Positions 19,232 through 27,106 of a stretch of 64,000 nt of DNA are shown piece by piece. Source of the DNA: Gammaproteobacteria bacterium (GTDB taxonomy: Bacteria; Pseudomonadota; Gammaproteobacteria; PS1; Pseudothioglobaceae); the NCBI GenBank assembly GCA_965277055.1, contig OZ255703.1:1181695-1245694 (forward strand), read 5' to 3'. Numbering within the stretch: the first letter of the stretch is position 1; the number at the start of each line of letters is the position of its first letter. The translations under genes and the position numbers were made by a program. The notes under the pieces were generated by a model. The model ran no database searches. It was not told where the DNA came from and saw only the letters and a program-made list of their open reading frames with translations.

Positions 19232-20409
19232 AATATATAATTAACATATTATTACTATTAGGCCTTAGTCAGTTTGCATATGCTGGATATGGGCATAATC
19301 AACTTAAATCATTAATCAGTCAGTCAAAAAAATCTATTGACTCTGTGAACCTTATAAGTGAAGCATTGAATCAACATTCTGATAAGGTCCCAGAGAATTG
19401 TCTTGAAATCAATAAACCAGTAGGATATTGTGATATATATACCAACCAAAGACTCAGTTTTACTGTTTCCGATACTATGTCTTCCGTACTGGGAGTACCT
19501 AGTGGAACAAGATTAGAAGAATATTTCAGCAGTGTGCAAATTAAATATTTAGGCACAGAGAGTCCATATGATAAGACAATTAAGTATGTAATCCCACCAG
19601 ATTTAACCAGCCCATATACTGCTACTACTTACATTAGTTGGGATAATTCAGGCACTACTAAATATGTTTTATATGAAGACTCTGAAACTAAAGCGAGTAC
19701 TCTTATAACAGGTATTAATACAAATAAACAAAAATTGGTTACAAGTGGTATTTGGATTAATGATTCCAATATTACATATAGATACAATATTATTATTGAA
19801 GAACTGAACACAGCAATTAACGAAATTCAGGTTCGTTTGTCAAGTACGATTGAATCCTCTGAACAAAACGTATTCTTTAATATGACTGCTAAAGCAGATA
19901 ATAATGGAGGGTATCTTATCTCAGAATTTCATACTGATGCGGCAGGGTTTTACATGCATAGAGAGTCATTTAATGGCAAAGGAAACACATTAGGTCTTGA
20001 ACAGAGTATTAATGGTATAAATTGGAAAAATATAGACGGTCGTGCAGAGGCAGGGAAATATTTTATTAATGATTCAGCATTTATCTCTAATGTTTATGGT
20101 GTTACCGCGACTAATTCAATAGCACTAAATTCCGGAGAACTTAATCAAAAAGCGTATTATTTTGCATTAGTTACAAAAGGTGATACTGTTGCATCGGACT
20201 ATAGCAATGTTGTAGGTTTTGGTAGTGCTACTGACCTAGATGCTGATGGTACTTATGATTTATATGTAGACTATTTTGCGGATACATCTATCTTACCTGT
20301 TGATGTTAATAGTTGCAATGCTGGTGATGGACATGATTACTATCTCATCGATAATACAGGAGATATTAGGAATGTACAAATTTTAAATATTTGTTTATAT
20401 CAAAAATAA
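19228..20409 (+). CDS. secreted hypothetical protein (393 aa)
   Basis: Signal peptide MKYIINILLLLGLSQFAYAG; Asn/Thr/Ser-rich; no family recognised. Confidence 0.65.
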   Translation: MKYIINILLLLGLSQFAYAGYGHNQLKSLISQSKKSIDSVNLISEALNQHSDKVPENCLEINKPVGYCDIYTNQRLSFTVSDTMSSVLGVPSGTRLEEYFSSVQIKYLGTESPYDKTIKYVIPPDLTSPYTATTYISWDNSGTTKYVLYEDSETKASTLITGINTNKQKLVTSGIWINDSNITYRYNIIIEELNTAINEIQVRLSSTIESSEQNVFFNMTAKADNNGGYLISEFHTDAAGFYMHRESFNGKGNTLGLEQSINGINWKNIDGRAEAGKYFINDSAFISNVYGVTATNSIALNSGELNQKAYYFALVTKGDTVASDYSNVVGFGSATDLDADGTYDLYVDYFADTSILPVDVNSCNAGDGHDYYLIDNTGDIRNVQILNICLYQK

Positions 20410-20494
20410 ATATTTCATTCTGACTACATACACATAGTAGTTTGTCTCGTGTAATCTGCTATGTGTATCTTATCTGCAACATAAACTTCTTACC

Positions 20495-20538
20495 TATCCC
20501 TAAGGGGATATATCAAAATAGTATCACAAGAGTATAAT
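20495..20538 (+). promoter_or_regulatory. candidate dsrA promoter region: palindrome tatccc-taag-gggata followed by a TATAAT box
   Basis: Palindrome at 20495-20510 and tataat at 20533-20538, about 77 nt upstream of the dsrA ATG. The -35 match is weak. Confidence 0.25.
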
Positions 20539-20614
20539 TTGTCTTGTTCATGCTTCTGAGTTCGCCTACCAGGTACTTTGAAGTTTAGTTAAATATATAA
20601 CTTAAGGAGACAAT

Positions 20615-21913
20615 ATGTCAAATTTATATAATACTCCTAACCTTGATGAGTTAGAAAATGGTCCTTGGCCTTCGTTTGTAACAGGGCTTAAAAAACTTGC
20701 TACAGACAATCACGAAGGTGCTGCTATGGCACGTGATGTACTGGCTACACTTGAAACATCTTACGTAACTAAAAAAGGGTATTGGAAAGGTGGTACTGTA
20801 GGTGTTGTTGGTTATGGTGGTGGTGTTATCCCACGTTTCAACGAACTGAAAGAAGATGGTGACTATAAATTTAAAGATGCTGGTGAATTCCACACATTAA
20901 GAATTCAACCACCTGCAGGTATGCATTACTCTTCAGATTTATTAAGAGATATGTGTGATATGTTTATTGATAACGGCGGTTCTGGTCTTATTGGTCTGCA
21001 TGGTCAATCAGGTGACATCATGCTTCAAGGTGCTAACGAAGAAAATGTACAAAAAATCTTCAACGCATACAACGACTATGGGTTTGATATGGGTGGTGCT
21101 GGCCCTGCAGTACGTACTGGTATGAGCTGTGTTGGTGCTGCACGTTGTGAAATGAGTAACACAAATGAGCAAGCTGCGCACAGAACATTAGTAAATGCAT
21201 TCCTTGATGATATGCATCGTCCAGCCCTACCTTACAAATTTAAATTTAAAGTATCTGGTTGTGCGAATGACTGTATGAACTCTATTGAGCGTTCAGACTT
21301 ATCAACTATTGGCACTTGGAAAGATGATATTAAAATTAATCAAGACGCATGGAAAGCAATGGTAGCTGATAAAGGTACTACATACGTAGTAGACAATATC
21401 ACTTCACGTTGCCCAACTCAAGCGATGACATTAAATGATGATACTTCATTAACTATCGATAATAAAAACTGTGTGAAATGTATGCATTGTTTAAATGTTA
21501 CTTCACCACTTACTCACAAATATGTTGCGAACGGTGCTGATGGCGCTATCTTAGCTACTGGCGATGAGAAAGGTGTTACTATCTGTATGGGTGGTAAGAG
21601 AACTCTTAAAATCGGTGACTTATTTGGTACAGTAGTAATTCCATTTTTACCATTAAACAACTCCGAAGAGCGTGAAGTACTTGAAGACTTCGCTGGCGAG
21701 TGTATTGATTTCTTTGCTGAAAATGCGTTAGAGCACGAAAGAACTGGTGAAATGATTGAGCGTATCGGTATTGTAAACTTCATGGAAGGCGTTGGTCTTG
21801 AAGTAAACCCTAATATGGTTGATTCTCCACGGTATATGTCATACGTTCGTATGGACAAGTGGGATGAAGAAGCAATCAAATGGTTTGATAACAAAAAAGA
21901 AGCAAACGCATAA
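20615..21913 (+). CDS. dsrA: dissimilatory sulfite reductase alpha subunit (oxidative type)
   Basis: 432 aa; CVGAARCE and SGCANDCMNS siroheme-[4Fe-4S] cysteines, ferredoxin insert CVKCMHC; AAGGAGA RBS. Confidence 0.95.
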   Translation: MSNLYNTPNLDELENGPWPSFVTGLKKLATDNHEGAAMARDVLATLETSYVTKKGYWKGGTVGVVGYGGGVIPRFNELKEDGDYKFKDAGEFHTLRIQPPAGMHYSSDLLRDMCDMFIDNGGSGLIGLHGQSGDIMLQGANEENVQKIFNAYNDYGFDMGGAGPAVRTGMSCVGAARCEMSNTNEQAAHRTLVNAFLDDMHRPALPYKFKFKVSGCANDCMNSIERSDLSTIGTWKDDIKINQDAWKAMVADKGTTYVVDNITSRCPTQAMTLNDDTSLTIDNKNCVKCMHCLNVTSPLTHKYVANGADGAILATGDEKGVTICMGGKRTLKIGDLFGTVVIPFLPLNNSEEREVLEDFAGECIDFFAENALEHERTGEMIERIGIVNFMEGVGLEVNPNMVDSPRYMSYVRMDKWDEEAIKWFDNKKEANA

Positions 21914-21927
21914 TTACTAACTATTCT

Positions 21928-21957
21928 ATAAGGGAGATAAGTATTCATCTCCCTTAT
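21928..21957 (+). promoter_or_regulatory. intercistronic stem-loop between dsrA and dsrB
   Basis: ataagggagat (21928-21938) pairs perfectly with atctcccttat (21947-21957), with an 8-nt loop and no U-tract. Confidence 0.4.
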
Positions 21958-21980
21958 CTTTACATAAAAAGGAGTTAACT

Positions 21981-23054
21981 ATGGCAGAAGCACCAAGAAT
22001 GCCAATTGAATCTGGGGTTCCAGATCCTATGCAATATATGCACCCAACTATGCGTCGTAATTTTGGTCAGTGGGCATTTCATGATCGTCCGCGTCCGGGT
22101 GTACTCAGACATACTTCTAAAAACAATGAAGTAATTTATACAGTACGTTGTGGTACACAACGTCAAATGGATGTATACACTATCAGAAAACTTGCAGATA
22201 TTGCTGATGAGTTTGCTGATGGATTTATTCGTTTCACAATTCGTTCAAACGTGGAATATATGGTTGCTGATGAAGCAAAAGTTACACCACTCATTGAAAA
22301 ATTAGAAGCAGAAGGTTTTCCGGTAGGTGGTACAGGTCCAACAGTAAGTATGATTTCTCATACACAAGGTTGGTTACATTGTGATATCCCAGGAACTGAT
22401 GCATCAGGTGTAGTAAAAGCACTTATGGATGAACTTGTAGATGAGTACCGTAAAGAAGAAATGCCTAACCGCGTACATTTAACAACTTCATGTTGTCAAA
22501 TTAACTGTGGCGGTCACGGCGACATCGCGGTAAACATTCAACATACTAAACCGCCAAAAATTAACCACGACTTAGTTGCAAACGTATGTGAGCGCCCAAG
22601 TGTGGTCGCACGTTGTCCAGTAGCGGCGATTCGTCCTGCGATGGTAAATGGCAAGCCAACTCTTGAAGTTGATGAGAAAAAATGTATTTGTTGTGGTGCA
22701 TGTTTTCCACCATGCCCCCCAATGCAAATTAATGATCCAGAGCATTCGAAATTAGCTATTTGGATTGGTGGTAAGCACTCAAATGCACGTTCTAAGCCAA
22801 GCTTTCAAAAACTTGTTGCATCAAACATTCCTAATAACCCACCAAGATGGCCAGAGGCTGCAGCGGTTATTAAAAATATCTTAGCAGTATATAAAGAAGA
22901 TGCAAGAGATTGGGAACGCGTGGGTGAGTGGGTTGAGCGTATCGGTTGGCCTTCATTTTTTGAGAAAACTGGTCTTCCATTCACGAAATTTCATATTTCA
23001 GATTGGAAAGGTACACGTCACCAATTAAATTCTTCAGCATATATTCGTTTCTAA
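21981..23054 (+). CDS. dsrB: dissimilatory sulfite reductase beta subunit
   Basis: 357 aa; TTSCCQINCGG, CPVAAIRP and CICCGACFPPCP cysteine clusters. Confidence 0.95.
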   Translation: MAEAPRMPIESGVPDPMQYMHPTMRRNFGQWAFHDRPRPGVLRHTSKNNEVIYTVRCGTQRQMDVYTIRKLADIADEFADGFIRFTIRSNVEYMVADEAKVTPLIEKLEAEGFPVGGTGPTVSMISHTQGWLHCDIPGTDASGVVKALMDELVDEYRKEEMPNRVHLTTSCCQINCGGHGDIAVNIQHTKPPKINHDLVANVCERPSVVARCPVAAIRPAMVNGKPTLEVDEKKCICCGACFPPCPPMQINDPEHSKLAIWIGGKHSNARSKPSFQKLVASNIPNNPPRWPEAAAVIKNILAVYKEDARDWERVGEWVERIGWPSFFEKTGLPFTKFHISDWKGTRHQLNSSAYIRF

Positions 23055-23066
23055 ACAGAGGACTAT

Positions 23067-23465
23067 ATGAAATTTGCAATTCAAATTAATGAAGGGCCGT
23101 ATCAGCACCAAGCGTCTGATACGGCGTACCAATTTGCCAAAGCTGCAATTGAGAAAGGTCATGAAATCATGCGTGTATTTTTTTATCATGATGGAGTAAA
23201 TAATGCCTCTCGTTTTACTGTTCCGCCTCAAGATGACAGAAATGTAGTAAATAACTGGGCAGATCTTAAAAATGCAGATGGTTCAGATATTGATAAAGTA
23301 GTATGTGTTGCTGCTGCATTACGTCGTGGTATGCTTGATAAAGATGAAGCAAGTAAAAACAGCGTAGATGCTAATAATATTCATTCAGCGTTTCGTATTT
23401 CTGGCTTGGGCCAATTAATTGAAGCTGGTATTCAATCTGATAGATTAGTGGTATTTGGAGATTAG
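23067..23465 (+). CDS. dsrE: sulfurtransferase DsrE
   Basis: 132 aa DsrE/TusD fold; FFYHDGV and active-site Cys in KVVCVAAALRRG. Confidence 0.9.
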   Translation: MKFAIQINEGPYQHQASDTAYQFAKAAIEKGHEIMRVFFYHDGVNNASRFTVPPQDDRNVVNNWADLKNADGSDIDKVVCVAAALRRGMLDKDEASKNSVDANNIHSAFRISGLGQLIEAGIQSDRLVVFGD

Positions 23466-23466
23466 T

Positions 23467-23871
23467 ATGAGTATTAAGAAATTTATGTATATTAATCGTA
23501 AATCTTCATATGGTACGGTATATGCATTAGAATCTTTAGAGGTTGTACTTATTGCCGCTGCATTTGATCAAGATGTTTCACTTGCCTTTATCGACGATGG
23601 GGTATATCAACTCATTGAAGGTCAAAATACTGACGGTATTGGCATGAAAAATTTCTCTAAAACATTCCACGCTTTAGGTGATTATGAAATTAATAAAATG
23701 TATGTTTCAAGGGAATCATTAGAAGAAAGAGGTCTGAGTGAAGATGATCTTATGCCGTTAGTGTACGAAGATGAAGATGATGACTGGGCAGAAAAGCCTT
23801 CTATTAAAGTGCTAACCAATGCACAGATTAAAGAAATTATGTCTGAGCAAGATGTGTGTTTAAGTTTTTAG
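23467..23871 (+). CDS. dsrF: sulfurtransferase subunit DsrF
   Basis: TusC/DsrF-like, SSYGTVYALESLEVVLIAAAFDQDVSLAFIDDGVYQL. The ATG at 23467 lies 7 nt after GGAG; the track start at 23455 is a TTG overlapping dsrE. Confidence 0.85.
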   Translation: MSIKKFMYINRKSSYGTVYALESLEVVLIAAAFDQDVSLAFIDDGVYQLIEGQNTDGIGMKNFSKTFHALGDYEINKMYVSRESLEERGLSEDDLMPLVYEDEDDDWAEKPSIKVLTNAQIKEIMSEQDVCLSF

Positions 23872-23881
23872 GAGTATAGGT

Positions 23882-24178
23882 ATGTTACATATTGTAAATA
23901 AATCAGTATTTGAGCGTAATAACCTTGCTACGGCCACACAGTTTGTTGATGATAGTAGTGTCGTACTACTTACAGAAGATGGTGTTATTTCTGCAAGTAA
24001 CAATGTTGCTTCTGAGTTATTAGATGATTTGGCAGCAAGTGGTAGAGTCTATGCCCTGCAAGGTGATATAGATGCTAGAGGATTAACCTCAAAAATTAAA
24101 GAAAACGTAAAAACAGTAGATTATGCTGGTTTTGTTGATTTAGTAGTAGAGCACGGTACCCCTGTTTCTTGGGTGTAG
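23882..24178 (+). CDS. dsrH: sulfurtransferase subunit DsrH
   Basis: 98 aa; MLHIVNKSVFERN and VDYAGFVDLV motifs as in DsrH/TusB. Confidence 0.85.
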   Translation: MLHIVNKSVFERNNLATATQFVDDSSVVLLTEDGVISASNNVASELLDDLAASGRVYALQGDIDARGLTSKIKENVKTVDYAGFVDLVVEHGTPVSWV

Positions 24179-24207
24179 GTGCATTTATTTTTTTATAGGA
24201 GTAAAAA

Positions 24208-24531
24208 ATGGCTGACATTTTAGGTGCTGAAGTAGATGAAGAAGGGTTCTTATTAAATCTTTCTGATTGGAGTGAAGAAATTGCTAACGAAATGGCAAAA
24301 GGTGATGACATTGAGTTAACTGATGAGCATTGGGAAGTGATTAACTTTTTAAGAGAATACTTTGAAGAGTACCAAATTGCCCCAGCAGTGCGTGTATTAA
24401 CTAAAGCAATTGCTAAGAAAATGGGTAAAGATAAAGGTAATTCTAAGTATCTGTATACCTTATTCCCATACGGCCCTGGCAAACAAGGCTGTCGTTTCGC
24501 AGGTCTTCCTAAACCAACAGGTTGTATCTAA
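24208..24531 (+). CDS. dsrC: DsrC, sulfur-carrier substrate protein of DsrAB
   Basis: 107 aa; C-terminal arm GCRFAGLPKPTGCI with both conserved cysteines 11 residues apart. Confidence 0.93.
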   Translation: MADILGAEVDEEGFLLNLSDWSEEIANEMAKGDDIELTDEHWEVINFLREYFEEYQIAPAVRVLTKAIAKKMGKDKGNSKYLYTLFPYGPGKQGCRFAGLPKPTGCI

Positions 24532-24544
24532 GAAATACTTTTTA

Positions 24545-24621
24545 GGAGGTGGCTTGCCACCTCCAATAACAATAACCTAATTTAAAAAATATAGATATAC
24601 AACTACGACTTGTATATCTAT
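24545..24621 (+). promoter_or_regulatory. two consecutive perfect hairpins in the dsrC-dsrM spacer
   Basis: ggaggtgg-cttg-ccacctcc (24545-24564) and atagatatacaa-ctacgac-ttgtatatctat (24591-24621). Neither is followed by a T-run. Confidence 0.4.
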
Positions 24622-24697
24622 TATCAAAACATTGAATCTAAAATTGATAAGTGTTTTTCTGTATGGCTAATCATAGAGTATTAAGAAGTAAATAATT

Positions 24698-25471
24698 ATG
24701 ACCACAATTAGTTTAGTTTTTGCGTTTATATTTTATCTTGTAGCTATTGTCTTTATTGTTGGCATGGCTCGTAAAATATATCAATATGCTAACACCCCAG
24801 CACCACTAAAAATTGTTGTATCCCCTGCACCGTTAACCAAAACAGGTGTATATGCAAGAATGTTTTATGAAGTAGTGTTATTTGCTAGTTTATTTAAATC
24901 AAGTAAATGGACTTGGATTTTTGGCTGGTTATTTCATTTTGGGTTGTTTATTGTACTTATTCGTCATTTACGTTATTTTGTGCCTGGTGAACTCCCAGAA
25001 ATTCTTGCCTACACACAAATGTTTAAATACGGTGCAATCTTTATGATTATTGGTTTATTTGGCTTATTAGCCCGTCGTGTATTTGTGGATAGAGTCCGTT
25101 ATATTTCTGCTCCGAGCGATTATCTTATGTTATTACTGCTCATCGTGATTGGTGTAAGTGGTGCTATTATGACCTTTACTAGTGCTCATACTGATGTTGC
25201 CATGGTCAAAGAATTTGCTTCTGGGATTATAAGTTTTAACGTTGCTAATATGCCGGTTGATTTTGCATTTGTTACGCACTTAATATTTTTCTTTGTGTTA
25301 TTGGCTATTTTCCCAGTTTCTAAATTATTACATGTTCCGGGAGTATTCTTTAGTCCTACGCGTAACCAAGTAGATAACGCACGTAACAAGCGTCATATTT
25401 CACCTTGGGCATTACAGCAAGAGCAGGCAAACGAAGTGCGTTTAGGCGAAACATTGGGTAAAGATAACTAA
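24698..25471 (+). CDS. dsrM: DsrM, NarI-like dihaem b membrane subunit
   Basis: 257 aa, about 5 hydrophobic helices with conserved His; position between dsrC and dsrK. Confidence 0.85.
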   Translation: MTTISLVFAFIFYLVAIVFIVGMARKIYQYANTPAPLKIVVSPAPLTKTGVYARMFYEVVLFASLFKSSKWTWIFGWLFHFGLFIVLIRHLRYFVPGELPEILAYTQMFKYGAIFMIIGLFGLLARRVFVDRVRYISAPSDYLMLLLLIVIGVSGAIMTFTSAHTDVAMVKEFASGIISFNVANMPVDFAFVTHLIFFFVLLAIFPVSKLLHVPGVFFSPTRNQVDNARNKRHISPWALQQEQANEVRLGETLGKDN

Positions 25472-25489
25472 TCAATTGCAGGATAAAGT

Positions 25490-27076
25490 ATGGCAGATAA
25501 TTATGAAGTACCAAAACTTCCAACATATGTAGAGGCTCCGAGTATTACCCCAGACATTATGCAAGGTGATGGACCGTACAAATCAAATGAAGAGTTTCAA
25601 GCACCATTAGGTTTCCCCGGTGAAAAAGTAGAAAACTGGCAAGAAGTTGCAATCGCTAAGATGGGCGAACTTAAAGATAAGTATCGTTCTGTGCAAGTAT
25701 TTTTAGATTCATGCGTGAAATGCGGTGCGTGTACTGATAAATGTCATTATTTCTTAGGTACAAGTGACCCTAAAAATATGCCAGTAGCGCGCCAAGATTT
25801 ATTTAGAAGTGTGTATAGAAGATATTACACATTTGCTGGTAAATATTTCCCTACGTTGGTAGGTGCAAAAGAGCTTGATGAAGAAATGCTTGATGATTGG
25901 TATAACTATTATCACCAATGCTCACAATGTCGCCGTTGTTCGGTGTTTTGTCCGTATGGAATTGATACAGCAGAAATCTCCATGGCTGCACGTGAAGTAC
26001 TAGATACTGTGGGTGTTGGGCAGAAATATTGTAACCAAATTTTAGGTAAAGCTATTACTATTGGTAATAACTTAGGTCTCCCAGAGCCGGCACTACGCGA
26101 TACCTTAGAAGATTTATCAGAAGAAGTAACAGAAGACACAGGGGTAGAAATTTTATATCCACTTGATGTGAAAGGTGCTGAAATTCTACTGATTACCCCA
26201 TCAGCTGATTTCTTTGCAGAACCGCACATTGATGGCCTGATTGGCTATGGTAAAGTATTTCATCAAGATGGAGTAAGTTGGACCATGAGTTCGTATGCTT
26301 CTGAAGGTGCTAACTTTGGGATGTTTATTGGCTCATACGATGTAATGAGACGTGCTGCTCTTCGTATTCGTAAAGCAGCAGTAGATTTAGGGGTATCAAG
26401 AATTATCGTAGGTGAGTGCGGACATGCATGGCGTGTTGCATATAGTTTCTGGAATACTTTAAGTGGTGTGGGTGCTGGTGGAGCAGACGAATTTGCTGCT
26501 AAACTTCAAGAGCAACTAGACTCTCGTTATCCTCAGCCACAGCACATTATTGAATATACCTACAATCTTATCAATCAAGGAAAGTTAGAGTTTGATAAAT
26601 CAGCTAATGATGATAGAACAGTAACCTTCCATGACAGTTGTAACGTTGCCAGAGCAACAAATATGGGTGGTATCCCAGGGGGACAATTTGAACTTCCAAG
26701 AGCAGTAATCAAAGCAGTGTGTAATAATTATGTAGATATGAATCGTGATACGATTAAGGAATCTACATTCTGTTGCGGTGGTGGCGGTGGTTTGTTAACT
26801 GATGACTTAATGGAAATCAGAATTAAAGGTGCAATGCCACGTATGCAGGCGTTAAAAGAAGTAGAGCAAACAGATGGTGTAGATACACTAGCAGCAATTT
26901 GTGCGATTTGTAAATCACAATTTTCAAAAGTATTGCCAAAATTTGATTTTGATCCATACATGATTGTAAGCGTACACCAACTTGTGAGTGAAGCCATTAT
27001 TCTTGATGGCGTTGATGAAGAGCAACCAGAAAATAAAAAACCAGAAGAAGGAGTTGAAGAATCAACTACAACTTAA
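25490..27076 (+). CDS. dsrK: DsrK, HdrD-like iron-sulfur catalytic subunit
   Basis: 528 aa; CVKCGACTDKC and CSQCRRCSVFCP ferredoxin motifs; CCG-domain cysteines (FHDSCN, CCGGGGG). Confidence 0.9.
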   Translation: MADNYEVPKLPTYVEAPSITPDIMQGDGPYKSNEEFQAPLGFPGEKVENWQEVAIAKMGELKDKYRSVQVFLDSCVKCGACTDKCHYFLGTSDPKNMPVARQDLFRSVYRRYYTFAGKYFPTLVGAKELDEEMLDDWYNYYHQCSQCRRCSVFCPYGIDTAEISMAAREVLDTVGVGQKYCNQILGKAITIGNNLGLPEPALRDTLEDLSEEVTEDTGVEILYPLDVKGAEILLITPSADFFAEPHIDGLIGYGKVFHQDGVSWTMSSYASEGANFGMFIGSYDVMRRAALRIRKAAVDLGVSRIIVGECGHAWRVAYSFWNTLSGVGAGGADEFAAKLQEQLDSRYPQPQHIIEYTYNLINQGKLEFDKSANDDRTVTFHDSCNVARATNMGGIPGGQFELPRAVIKAVCNNYVDMNRDTIKESTFCCGGGGGLLTDDLMEIRIKGAMPRMQALKEVEQTDGVDTLAAICAICKSQFSKVLPKFDFDPYMIVSVHQLVSEAIILDGVDEEQPENKKPEEGVEESTTT

Positions 27077-27106
27077 TTGACAATCTATTTAGAACAGGAG
27101 TAAATC

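Noticed and set aside
21514-21948. 144-aa minus-strand ORF inside dsrA (similar cases at 24096-24482 over dsrH/dsrC, 29624-30205 over dsrO, 25912-26229 over dsrK)
   Set aside because: Antisense to strongly supported dsr genes, with Ser/Ile-rich composition and no RBS. These are typical shadow ORFs of AT-rich DNA.
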